From Macrostomum lignano (taxonomy: Eukaryota): DNA of 64,000 nt. The notes beneath the pieces were generated by a model. That model had not been told where the DNA came from, did not search any database, and saw only the letters and a list, made by a program, of their open reading frames with translations. Below, one piece after another: positions 1 through 11,619 of this stretch; positions within the stretch are counted from its first letter, which is position 1, and every line of letters begins with the position of its first letter. The position numbers and the translations under genes were made by a program. The DNA is taken from contig NIVC01003129.1 in the NCBI GenBank assembly GCA_002269645.1, positions 10,390 to 74,389 of the forward strand, given 5' to 3'.

Positions 1-159
1 CAGCGCTTCGTCTACCTGATTGGCAACCTGGCCGTGCTGGCGCTAGCGGTGTACAAGTGCCACACAATGGGCCTGCTGCCTACCTACGAGTCCGACTGGT
101 TGTCCTTTGTTGACAGTCCCCGCCGGACGGAGGTGTCCGGTGGCGGCTTCCTGCTCTAG
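1..159 (+). CDS. EMC4: 3' end of ER membrane protein complex subunit 4 (partial, 5' end outside window)
   Basis: Frame 1 reads [52 protein letters not shown], matching the EMC4/TMEM85 C-terminus ([24 protein letters not shown]....SGGG). Confidence 0.9.
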   Translation, partial: QRFVYLIGNLAVLALAVYKCHTMGLLPTYESDWLSFVDSPRRTEVSGGGFLL

Positions 160-301
160 CGAACCGCTCATTTCAGTGGACACTCACTGTGCTGGCCTGG
201 GAAAGTTACTAAAAAGACTTGGAATTTCCATATATGTTAAATGCAGCTGTTAGTTGCCATCAGTGTTTTGCTGCCGCACTCGAACGGTGGGCACACGCCT
301 G

Positions 302-673
302 ACCCGTTGAGAACGATACCGTGACAAGAGTCGCTATAAAGTCGTTGCAAGCAACTGTCTAGTGGCGTCGCGTGAGCTGTAGAATCGTGAAAGATTCGTC
401 CAAGAATCGTTGTGTTATCGCTTAACTTTCGTTAGAGATTTGACTCTGATTCATCAAGCGACGCAAATGGACTTCAAAGGCAAGTCAATGACTCTGCAGT
501 GACTTTAGAACGCCTCAGACGACGACTTTTTGGCCATTTGTACCGCGACATCTCGTCGTCTTAGAGTCGTTTAGAGTCACTTCTTTCCTGTTTTACCTGC
601 GCTATCAGCAACGACTGGGGCAGCGCAAGTGACTCCGGGACGCTTCTTGACGTAGGTACCGTTTTCATCGGGT
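302..673. mobile_element. MITE-like element with imperfect 19-bp terminal inverted repeats
   Basis: acccgttgagaacgatacc (302-320) vs ggtaccgttttcatcgggt (655-673): 16/19 reverse-complement match. The interior resembles ~8613-8803 (shared ttacctg..gct..cagcaacgact..ggggc..cgcaagtgac). Confidence 0.5.
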
Positions 674-1184
674 GACGATTAAAAAGTCAGGGCGCTGTAC
701 ACCCTGTGTGAGTGCTGCCTCGCTGTCTCAGGCTGATTGTTTATAACTAGGCAGGCGAAATCGTATCATTCTTTGGTCCTCCTGCATCCGTATTGCTTGA
801 TTCAGGTGCGAGCAAAAGCATTGTCGGCTTTTAAGTAGCGCTTTTATCGGGTTTTATATATGCTACTCTTAGTATCTAGTCACGTCTCGGTATTAATTTC
901 ATTTTTCTGTTGTCGTTTTGCACTCAGTAATCTCTAGTCTTGACCAGTTTTATGTGGTATCTGTTAGCGTTTGGAATGTGCGTTTTCAGCGTTAGTGTGA
1001 ATTGTGTTCGCGTTCGAAATAAACTCTAGTTTTAGTTTAATTTTTCAATGCTGGTTGCTGATTTTGTGACCCGGCTATTATTGGTCACATTTTAGCTCAT
1101 TGGCTGTTGTTATTTAAGCGATCCCTTGTCCTCAACAGTTATTTGTCAAACTAATCGTTTTACTTCTGTTATGGAGATAACAGC

Positions 1185-2185
1185 AGGGCAAAGCGCAGAT
1201 TGGGAAGGTGGCAGCAGGGCAAGGCGCAGATTGAGAAGGTGGCAGCAGGACAAGGCGCAGATTGGGAAGGTGGCAGCAGGGCAAGGCGCAGATGAGGAAG
1301 GTGACAGCAGGGCAATGGGGCAGATTGAGAAGGTGGCAGCAGGGCAAGGCGCAGATTGGGAAGGTGGCAGCAGGGCAAGGCGCAGATGAGGAAGGTGACA
1401 GCAGGGCAATGGGGCAGATTGAGAAGGTGGCAGCAGGGCAAGGCGCAGATGAGGAAGGTGACAGCAGGGCAAGGCGCAGATGAGGAAGGTGACAGCAGGG
1501 CAAGGCGCAGATGAGGAAGGTGACAGCAGGGCAATGGGGCAGATTGAGAAGGTGACAGCAGGGCAAGGCGCAGATTGAGAAGGTGGCAGCAGGGCAAGGC
1601 GCAGATTGAGAAGGTGGCAGCAGGGCAAAGTGCAGATTGAGAAGGTGGCAGCAGGGCAAGGCGCAGATTGGGAAGGTGGCAGCAGGGCAAGGCGCAGATG
1701 AGGAAGGTGACAGCAGGGCAATGGGGCAGATTGAGAAGGTGGCAGCAGGGCAAGGCGCAGATGAGGAAGGTGACAGCAGGGCAAGGCGCAGATGAGGAAG
1801 GTGACAGCAGGGCAAGGCGCAGATGAGGAAGGTGACAGCAGGGCAATGGGGCAGATTGAGAAGGTGACAGCAGGGCAAGGCGCAGATTGAGAAGGTGGCA
1901 GCAGGGCAAGGCGCAGATTGAGAAGGTGGCAGCAGGGCAAAGCGCAGATTGAGAAGGTGGCAGCAGGGCAAGGCGCAGATTGAGAAGGTGGCAGCAGGGC
2001 AAGGCGCAGATTGAGAAGGTGGCAGCAGGGCAAGGCGCAGATGAGGAAGGTGACAGCAGGGCAAGGCGCAGATGGGGAAGGTGACATCAGGGCAAGGCGC
2101 AGATGGGGAAGGTGACAGCAGGGCAAGGCGCAGATGGGGAAGGTGACAGCAGGGCAAGGCGCAGATGGGGAAGGCGGCAGCAGGT
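1185..2185. repeat. Minisatellite, ~31-bp unit (GCAGCAGGGCAAGGCGCAGATTGAGAAGGTG)
   Basis: Direct tandem repetition; explains the repetitive ORFs at 1126-2157. Confidence 0.95.
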
Positions 2186-2261
2186 CAAGGCGCAGATAAC
2201 GCACCCCAATGCCAATTCTCCCAATGCCAGTTGCAGCGCCCAGCACCTGTCTACAGCAACA

Positions 2262-2768
2262 ATGGGCGCTCAGATGAGTTTGATCGCGCCCAATCTGTAC
2301 CTGGGCAGCTGGCAGGGCGCCAACAATGCTAAGCTGCTGGAGGAGAACGGCGTCCGGCACATCCTCACCATATTCGACGCCAGGTTCAGCATGCCGGCCT
2401 GCGTTAAGCAGCGAAACCATCTGCAGTTTCTGGCGGCGGACAGCTGCCAACAGGACATCCGGCAGTTCTTCCAGCAGTCCAATGACTTCATCCACTCTGG
2501 CCGGCTGGCTGGGGAGGCCGTCTTCGTCCATTGCATGGCGGGCGTGAGCAGGAGCGCCACTCTTATCATCGCCTACCTGGCCTCCGTCACCGACCTGCCC
2601 TGGGACACTGTGCTCAGCGCTGTGCGGGCCGCTAAGCACGATGTGGCGCCCAATTTTCACTTTCGAGCTCAGCTGCGACTCTGGCAAAATGATGGCGGAC
2701 TGGAGGCTGAGCGAGCGCGCCTGCTAGAAAAGGTTGGAGGGGCTGTCAGGGAGTTGGGCGAAATGCTT

Positions 2769-2823
<55 letters not shown>

Positions 2824-2942
2824 CAGACACAGACAGACAGACAGACAGACACAGACAGACAGACAGACAGACACAGACAGACAGACAGACAGACAGACAC
2901 AGACAGACAGACAGACACAGACAGACAGACAGACAGACAGAC

Positions 2943-2993
<51 letters not shown>

Positions 2994-3338
2994 GTCCCAC
3001 ATTCCCCCACCCGTCTTCAGTTCGGGCCCTGGCAGGAGGACCGCGATCGCCTCCTGAAGCTGGCGGAGATCTGTGCTGAATTCGAGCGCACGGGCTATTG
3101 GCGCGGAGAGCCGAGCATCGAGCGGCGCGGTAACGCCTTCTTCGCGGTGCACCACCTGCCCGACGCCGAGGACGAGGTTGACGACGCTGCCGCTGGCGAT
3201 GCTGAGCAGGCCGAGGCCCGGGAGGACGCCACCGAGCGGAATGGCCACGGGAAAGACGTGGAGGAGGCGGTTGAGGCTGTGGAGGCGGCCAAGCCCTCAG
3301 ACGTGGCTGCTGCTGGAGACCGAGATTCCAATGAGTGA
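2262..3338 (+). CDS. DUSP22: Atypical dual-specificity phosphatase, DUSP22/DUSP15-like; exons 2262-2732 and 3021-3338
   Basis: MGAQMS N-terminus (myristoylation-type MGxxxS), [15 protein letters not shown] catalytic loop, PNFHF. Phase-0 intron AAG|GTTGGA...tcttcag|TTC joins [16 protein letters not shown]. Symbol approximate (DUSP22 vs DUSP15). Confidence 0.85.
2770..2995. repeat. (GACA)n microsatellite in the DUSP intron
   Basis: Direct reading. Confidence 0.97.
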
Positions 3339-3501
3339 ATCTGTCCCAGCTGTTTGCGCAATCATCTTCATCTTTTCAAAGTTTTCGAACTTTGTAAGAT
3401 TTTGATTTTTAGGCCTCTGTAGTTTAAGAAGTAGTTCAAGGACCCAGCAGTTTAAAGACCTGACAGTCTTGCTCCAGGATGCAGAGTCACGTGATAAATT
3501 G

Positions 3502-3571
3502 TTCCTGTGGGACCGAGAATCGAACCCCCGACCTTCAATTCGTGAGTCCGGCGCTCTATATACTAGGCTAC
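3502..3571 (-). pseudogene. Degenerate tRNA-like sequence / tRNA-derived SINE head (loop CTCACGA, Val-CAC-like)
   Basis: Minus strand gtagcctagtatatagagcgccggactcacgaattgaaggtcgggggttcgattctcggtcc has A-box-like and B-box (GGTTCGATTC) motifs; the anticodon stem does not pair. Confidence 0.55.
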
Positions 3572-3624
3572 AATCCTTTCTAGTGGCCCAGTACGAGCTA
3601 TTTTAAAGAACCAAGCGGTTTGAG

Positions 3625-3998
3625 GACCCAGCGGTTTGTGGACCCAGCAGTTTTATGACCCAGCAGTTTGAGCACCCAGCAGTTTTAGGACCCAGCAGTT
3701 TGAGCACCCAGCAGTTTTAGGACCCAGCAGTTTGAGCACCCAGCAGTTTTATGACCCAGCAGTTTGAGGACCCAGCAGTTTTAGGACCCAGCAGTTTGAG
3801 CACCCAGCAGTTTGAGCACCCAGCAGTTTGAGCACCCAGCAGTTTGAGCACCCAGCAGTTTGAGGACCCAGCAGTTTGAGCACCCAGCAGTTTGAGCACC
3901 CAGCAGTTTGAGCACCCAGCAGTTTGAGCACCCAGCAGTTTGAGCACCCAGCAGTTTGAGCACCCAGCAGTTTGAGCACCCAGCAGTTTGAGCACCCA
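3625..3998. repeat. Minisatellite, 16-bp unit (GAGCACCCAGCAGTTT)
   Basis: Direct tandem repetition. Confidence 0.95.
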
Positions 3999-4877
3999 GT
4001 ACTCTGAGTGCAGTGCAGCGGCAATGCATCGGTGCTAATCCCCAATATTTAAACTGTGCCTTGCCTTATTTCACCGTCCCTAAGTGTTATTGTGCACTGC
4101 ATGACATTTTGTGGCCCTGTTTTGAGTTCTGGATGGTTAAAATCGATGTCTAAATTAGTATACTATTGGTGCACTGTTCAGAAGCCACTGTATACTGTGC
4201 AGATCTGATTGCTTGCTTTTCTGTTATTCCGGAGTAACTAAATGTTTTAGGCCTATGTTAAACTACTGAATTCAATATTTGCTAAGTAGTATATCAGTAC
4301 ATAGTTTTTGTTTTGCCTGGCATCTGTTAGAGTTTAGCAAAAAACAGGCTGTCGCGTCCATGCTCTAGACATGTTAGGCCTAACAAGCTCACCAACTTGA
4401 CAGTCTTGTGATTTTTATTCCTAAGGAACTTTTAATATTACACTAGCAAATTGCCTTAGCTAATACTTGAGAGAATTCTATGATAATTTATATATTATTT
4501 AGCACACATGCGAGCAGGCGTACAACATTTATCAATAATTTATTTTTCTTCTATTTTACTATTATATGAGTATGTACTCGAGCGAATGTTTTTTCAAGTT
4601 AGCACAATCTGTACTTTTAGTGTGCGGCTCGATTTAAAAAAATCTCACGGTTTTTATAGCTACTTGCGCTATAGATTTTATTCTGTATGCAGATGGCTGA
4701 CTGCTCACTGATTTGGACCTGCCCGACTGTAAGCGTTAACTGACTTCAATTTGCGCTCTATATTGCATGTTTGATAAATACACTTTTATCTTTGGAAACT
4801 TGAATATCTGTTAAACATTGTTTTATACATTTAATTTCTATCTCTTGCTTCATTTAAAGCATTATCTGATCCAGCAA

Positions 4878-5405
4878 GCCCACCTGATCACTGATGCAGT
4901 TGGTTGCCAGACCACCTGGTCACTGATGCAGTTGGTTGCCAGTCCACCTGGTCACTGATGCAGTTGGTTGCCAGCCCACCTGGTCACTGATGCAGTTGGT
5001 TGCCAGCCCACCTGGTCACTGATGCAGTTGGTTCCCAGCCCACCTGGTCACTGATGCAGTTGGTTCCCAGCCCACCTGGTCACTGATGCAGTTGGTTGCC
5101 AGTCCACCTGGTCACTGATGCAGTTGGTTGCCAGCCCACCTGGTCACTGATGCAGTTGGTTGCCAGCCCACCTGGTCACTGATGCAGTTGGTTCCCAGCC
5201 CACCTGGTCACTGATGCAGTTGGTTGCCAGTCCACCTGGTCACTGATGCAGTTGGTTGCCAGACCACCTGGTCACTGATGCAGTTGGTTGCCAGACCACC
5301 TGGTCACTGATGCAGTTGGTTGCCAGACCACCTGGTCACTGATGCAGTTGGTTGCCAGACCACCTGGTCACTGATGCAGTTGGTTGCCAGCCTATCTGGT
5401 CACTG
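4878..5405. repeat. Minisatellite, 32-bp unit (CCACCTGGTCACTGATGCAGTTGGTTGCCAGN)
   Basis: Direct tandem repetition. Confidence 0.95.
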
Positions 5406-5481
5406 ATAGATCACCTAGTTATCAATTTTGTTGCCATGGTAACAGTCTTATAATTTGTCTACTATTCATGAATCCGTTGCA

Positions 5482-8386
5482 ATGCCGGATCCTGAGCCTC
5501 ATCAGTCGCCGCAGCTTCTTCTGGCCTGCCGCACCGGGCACGTGAAGTCGGTCACATTCTCCGCAGTGTCTGATGATGCATCCCAGCCTCCCAGACTGTC
5601 GGCCGTGGCGGAGTTCGGCCAGCGGCACCCGGTGATCGGTCTGGCCTCCAGCCCGGACTGCGGCGGCCCGGCACGCGTCTACGCCGCCACCGCCACCGGC
5701 CTGTTGCGACGCCTGGACGACGACCTTCGACAGATGGATAGCGCTGAAAAAGCTGCGGCAGCTGAGATGACGTCACCAGCTGAGGTAAGTTCAGAAAGGG
5801 CATTAGCCATCATTTCCGCATTCCGCAATCGAAAACATCATCTAGGTTTCTAGACCTGAAGCGTTTTAAACTCAAACCGGTCAGTAAAGAGGTTTAAGCC
5901 TTATGATTTCGGGTTTGATGTCATATGACCGAAAATTTTAACCTTAACCATAACCATAACCCTAACCATAACCATAACCATAGCCCTAACCATAACCATA
6001 GCCCTAACCATAACCATAGCCCTAACCATAACCATAACCATAACCCTAACCATAACCATAACCCTAATCATAACCATAACCCTAATCATAACCATAACCC
6101 TAACCATAACCCTAATCATAATCATAACCATAACCCTAACCATTACCCTAACCACAACCATAACGCTAACCATAACCCTAACCATAACCATAACCCTAAT
6201 CATAACCATAACGCTAACCATAACCCTAATCATAACCCTAACCATTACCCTAACCATAACCATAACCCTAACCATAACGCTAACCATAACCCTAATCATA
6301 ACCATAACCCTAACCATAACCATAACCATAACCCAACCCATAACTCTAACCATAACCCAACCCAAACTCGAACTGTAACCCTACCCTATTTCGAAACCCT
6401 AACCCTCACACGAGAGTGAAAGCAGAGTCTGTGCAGGGAACAATGTACAAGGCGGTAGCACATGCATGTAGCTAAGCACCATTTACCGCCACAACAAGCC
6501 AAACATGCGAGGCCATCACACTGCCAGTCCGTGCAAATCCATCTCGCAGGTCCCAGCCGCCGCCACGACCTGTCTGACCTTCTGTTGTTCCTCGGCGGAT
6601 TCCAGCGGCGAGCGGAGAGATTTGCTGGCAGTTGGTCACGAGGACGGCACCGTCAGGCTGGCCTCCTTCGCCGCCTCCGCCGCCAGCTGCACCGATGCGG
6701 CCCAGCTGCGCGCCGGCTGCCACGTTGGCGTCGTCCGCGCCTGGGGCGACAGCGACGCTCGTCTGGCTACCGGCGGTCGCGAGTCCGACCTTCGGGTCTG
6801 GGATGTGGCGGCCGAGTCCTGCGTGTTCCAGGTGAGCAGCTGTTTTTGATCCATGCGGATCTGATGAAATCAGATGAAGAATTCTCGGGTTCATTTTTTG
6901 TCAAGTTAGACGCTACCGCTACAATTTTAACCTTTGTTTGTTCCCCCAAAATTTCCTAGGCCAAGAATCTGCCCAACGACCGGCTGAACCTTCGCCGTCC
7001 AGTCGACGTGCGCGACATCAGACCGATTGCTGGCGGCCAACTGCTGGCTGTGTGCACCGGCCACCGAGAGCTGCGGCTCTACTCGCCTGGCGAGCAGCGG
7101 CGGCCTGTTGTTAACTTGGCCTGGTCCGAGTATCCGATTCAGGTGAGCTGGGGCTGGGAGGCTGGGCTAGCAACTGAGGATCTGGGAGGCTGGGCTAGCA
7201 ACTGGGGATCTGGGAGGCTGGCCCAGCAACTGAGGATCTGGGAGGCTGGGCTAGCAACTGGGGATCTGGGAGGCTGGCCCAGCAACTGAGGATCTGGGAG
7301 GCTGGGCTAGCAACTGAGGATCTGGGAGGCTGGCCCAGCAACTGAGGATTTAAGGGGCTGGCCCAGCAACTGAGGATCTGGGAGGCTGGCCCAGAAACTG
7401 AGGATCTGGGAGGCTGGGCTAGCAACTTAGGATCTGAGAGGCTGGCCCAGCAACTGAGGATCTGGGAGGCTGGGCTAGCAACTGAGGATCTGGGAGGCTG
7501 GCCCAGCAACTGAGGATTTAAGGGGCTGGCCCAGCAACTGGGGATCTGGGAGGCTGGCCCAGTAACTGAGGATGTGGGAGGCTGGCCCAGCAACTGAGGA
7601 TCTGGGAGGCTGGCCCAGCAACTGAGGAGGATGTGGGAGGCTGGCCCAGCAACTGAGGAGGATGTGGGAGGCTGGCCAGCAACTGAGGATCTGGGAGCCT
7701 GGCCCAGCCTGAGGATTTGGGGGGCTTGCCCAGCAACTGAGGATGTGGGAGGCTGGCCCAGCAACTGAGGATGTGGGAGGCTGGCTTCATTTCTTCAGTT
7801 AGGATAAATTTTTCCTCTGATCCTGCAGTCCTGCTGCGCCATCGAGGCAGCATCGGCAGCCGCAGTCGCGGCGGGCAATTCAGCGGGCCATCTTGGCTTA
7901 TTCGACCTTCGCCGCCCGCCAGCTGCCTCTTCAAAGTCGCCAGCCGCGGCCGCCGCGCAGCTGCTGGGCCACTTCAAGCCGAGCTGCTCCGGCGCTGTCA
8001 CGGCCCTGGACGCGGTCATCGACGCCGGCCTGCTGTTCGCAACGTCTGAGGACCGGCACCTGCGGGTGTTCGACCTTCGCGGCAGGCGGCTGCTGTGCCA
8101 GCTGTACGCCAAAAGCCGCCTGGCCGGCCTGCTGCCTCTCTCCGGCGTGTCCGAGCTGACCCGGTCGAGTGTCCGAGCCGCTGGGGATCGGGTGGTCAAG
8201 GGCCTGACGGCCTCCAGCAGCGAGGGCGTCAGCAAGCGCCGGCTGACGGACCAACTGTACCTGGCCACCCCCGCTGTGGAGGGCGACGCCGAGGCGAAGG
8301 CGGCGAAAATCGACAAGAAGAAGGCCGGAGCCGCGCCGGCTGCTGGCAGAGGGCCAATCAAGTTCAGCTTTACTGCCGATATGTAG
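5482..8386 (+). CDS. WDR74: WD repeat protein 74 / Nsa1 (60S biogenesis); exons 5482-5784, 6550-6831, 6960-7142, 7829-8386
   Basis: All introns GT-AG, phase 0. Spliced motifs LATGGRESDLRVWD, FQAKNLPNDRLNLRRP, VCTGHRELRLY, QRRPV, AAGNSAG, EDRHLRVF, LYAKSRL match WDR74. AATAAA at 8408. Confidence 0.9.
5935..6405. repeat. Interstitial telomere-like hexamer array (AACCCT/AACCAT/AATCAT mosaic) in WDR74 intron 1
   Basis: Direct reading; AACCCT is the complement of the TTAGGG-type repeat. Confidence 0.85.
7150..7785. repeat. Minisatellite, ~28-bp unit (GGGAGGCTGGCCCAGCAACTGAGGATCT) in WDR74 intron 3
   Basis: Direct tandem repetition. Confidence 0.93.
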
Positions 8387-8806
8387 CGGCGGCTCGATTC
8401 AGTCTTAAATAAAGCAGATCCATTTGGTGCATTTGTACTCCCGGTCTCTCCGATCGATACCGATTGAATTGATAGCAACTGTTGGAACTTTTTGTACCTT
8501 ATTTGGCATTTTTTATATCTCAACAGCGATTTCTGTTTGCAGTAGTATAATATATCGCTAATCTGGCTAGACAATCAGATGAAGGAATTAGAATGGATTG
8601 CTAGACTAGCCCACCCATTAAAAAATTTTACCGTGACTCTACGACCTCAGAGTTATTCTAAAAGCGCCCAGAGTCCACTTGCATCGCCCCAGAGTCGTTT
8701 TGTGGTCGCAATAACAACGGGATCTCTCAGACAACGGGATCTAGAGTCCTATCTTACCTGTGCTGACCTGCAACGACTTTGGGGCGACGCAAGTGACAGT
8801 ACCTAG

Positions 8807-11169
8807 GCCAAGAATGAATCCGTGTCCTCACTTTCCCACCCACTTCCAGGCGAAGCGGTCCGCAGCAAAAGCTTCAAATGGCACCGCTGGCCGTCCAGCC
8901 GCCGTCGTCAAAGGCGTTGCCAAGGCAGCCAAGGCCATCGCCGCCCGGGCCGCGGCGCCGCCCGCGGTCTGGCCAAACGGCGCCGCACGCTGGGCGCCGA
9001 ACTGGGCCGGCGTTTTAAAAAAGGTGGCCTGCTGGACCGACGCCTCGGCGCTGCTGGCAGCGACGGCAATGCCGACGTGGCCGACGCCGCCGCCGAGGTG
9101 GCGCTGCGCCGTTTTGCCGCCCAGAAGCGTCGCGTTCTGGCGGCGGAAGCTGAGGCGGCGATGCGGCAGCCGTCGGAGGCGGAGGACTCCGGCCTGCTGT
9201 CGGCTGTCAACAAGTTCGCTCCGCTGGCCACCGAGCTGGACGACGCCGAGTTTGACGACGACGACGCTTCCGGAGCCGGCCGCGGCCGCATGTCTTCCGA
9301 GGCGCTGTTCGACGAAGGCGGCCTGCTGCGCAAGGGCACGGGGCTCAAGGACCGCATGGAGACGCTGATCGCCCAGACGCGCGCCGATCGCGCCGAGAAG
9401 CGCGAGCAGCTGGAGGAGACGCGCCGCCTCACCGACGCCATCGACGCCGAGTGGAAGTCTCGGGTTCGATTCCAGCTGGGTCCGCTGATGTCGGTGCCGA
9501 CTTCGACGAAGGCGGCTCCGGAGTCCGGCGATCAGCTGTCCGCCTTCAAGCTGCTGTCTGACCAGCTGATGCAGTCGCAGCGTTTGGTTGCTAAGGACGC
9601 CGCTCCCACCGGCAATGGCGGCTCGGTTGCCAAGGCAAAGTTGAAGCCGTCAGAGCGGCGCTCTGCTGGCGAGCAGCTGGCGGGGCTGTGCAGCAAGCTT
9701 GATCGACTGCGCCGTGCGCGTCGTCAGCGAGTCGCCGCCGCTGATGACGGCCACTCTGCGTCTGGCGCGCTCGCTGCTCCGCCTGCCCCCTACCTGGAGA
9801 CTGTGCGCCTCATCCTGCGGCTGTGCAACCTCAGCGGATTCAAAGCGCGCCGCTTCTGCTGCCTCAGGCTGGGCGTGGCCTTCTGCGCCGAGGTGCTGGC
9901 AGACTGCTGCGTCCGGCGAAGACCCACGGGGCTCAAAGAGGTCTGAGCAGCTTGTGTAGACTGTGTCTGTTTCATCTGGGATATTAATAAATCGGTTGTA
10001 GGATAATTTTCTTGTTGTTCGATTTACCTAAGCAACTCCACCGAATCCTCAGATCTGCCGCATCCTGCTGCTGGTCTCGGCGTTGAAGCGCCTTCTGTCG
10101 GCCCTTCACTGGCCCCTGTGCCCGGAGCTCCTGGCCTGTCTGCACAGCCTCCTGCTCATGGCCTCGCCAGCTGACGCCAGTCGTTGGGACGGTGGCGGAG
10201 CTCCTCACGCGAACTTGGATACCGAGGAGGAGCAGGAGGAGGACAGCGGCGCCAGTTCAGCGCGTCGCCGGCGCCAGCAGCTGCTGCTGGCAACGCGACC
10301 CGTCCCAGCGGACTGGCGGCCGGGACCGCTGCCGCTCAGCCTGTGCCAGCGGGCCAGCGGTCTGGCCAGCTCGCAGGCAGCCGGGCTCCGCCTGCTCTGC
10401 CTTGGCCGCGTGTTCGCCGACCTTGGCGAGCTGCTCACCGCCTGGCACGGCGTCGGCGCCACCGGCGGCCTGCCGTCGGCCGGACTGCGGGCGGCCTTCC
10501 TGCCGCTGGCTGAGGCTGCCGAGCGGGCCAAGGCCGCTGCGGGTGGCGGGCTGTGGCCGGCCGAGATTCTGAATGCAGCTGACAGGTAAATTCACAGGTC
10601 TCATGAAGGCCTGCTCGTATTTTGATCTCGGATATTTTGTATAGTGGACTAGCAGCTTGACCCTCTTTGGGGGGCTAATGCTACTGCTTGTCAATTTATA
10701 AAATGCTGTGTTTTGTCTGTGAAGTTATATAGGTATTCTAAATTTAGGAATTATCCATCAAGAACTTTTCTATTATCGATTACTCCTTAACTCTTCATCA
10801 TCGCGCAGCTTCCTCAACTCATTCGCCGACTGCTCCGCCGAGGCGACCGGCGCCCGCCTCCTCCGCGAGCGCGAGCCGCCCCGCATGCTGGAGCTGCTGG
10901 AGCCGCAGGTCGAAGCCAATTTCGACCCCGGCCGGCGAAAGTCGGACAGCAGCGGCGGCGAGGAGCGAAAACGCCTGCTGCGGGCGCGCAAACGGGCGAT
11001 GAAGGCGGCTGTGCGCGAGGTGGCCCGCGACCGCGACTTCTTGGCCGGCGAGCGGCTGGAGACGACGCTGCGGGCGGACGCGCAGCGCAAGCGGAAGGTG
11101 CGCGAGCTGATGGGCGCGCTGGGCAACCAGGAGGGCGAGGTGAAGAAGCTCAGCAGGGGCAAGAAGTGA
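8807..11169 (+). CDS. NOP14: Nucleolar protein 14 (40S biogenesis); exons ~8807-9940, 10053-10585, 10809-11169; start codon not identified
   Basis: N-terminal RPGRGAARGLAKRRRTL...LDRRLG and METLIAQTRADRAEKREQLEETRRLTDAIDAEW; C-terminal EERKRLLRARKRAMKAAVREVARDRDFLA...RKRKVRELMGALGNQEGE. Splice phases (0, 2) are consistent. Confidence 0.88.
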
Positions 11170-11619
11170 AGCTGTGGACTGCGGCTGCACTTTGGCTTGA
11201 GCTGACCTGCCTGTCTCTCTGTAAATCGGTTCCATGCTTCTTATGCTTCACCGTATTCGAAGGCCTGTCCGATTTACCGATTGATTGACTTCTATTGTCT
11301 TTGCAACCCGCTCCCTGACTTTGCCTGTCCCAACTGTTGAAATGAATACAATGGCAGAATAGTTTATTCTGTGACCGTGTTTGCATTTGTCAGCAATTCG
11401 GAACTCACACTGAACACGTCTTTGGCCTTGGTGAATTTATTTTGCTTAGCTAATAACTCAATTTTAGCAGTGGAGAAGATAAAGCAGGCCTTGTCTGAGC
11501 AGCAGGGACAACCCTTCAAGTATGCAGTTAATGCCAAAGCCTGACGGAGATTGAGCCAGCACTGCAGCTTATTCAGAGCGCCTAAATGGTTTTTTATGTT
11601 TAAATGAACTGCGAATGAA

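Noticed and set aside
1126-2157. Long Pro/Cys-rich ORFs on both strands
   Set aside because: Translations of a 31-bp minisatellite in all frames.
3502-3571. Functional tRNA-Val(CAC)
   Set aside because: Anticodon and acceptor stems do not pair; kept only as a degenerate or SINE-like sequence.
4878-5405. 32-bp direct repeats as a CRISPR array
   Set aside because: No unique spacers, eukaryotic context, no cas genes; the same applies to the other arrays.
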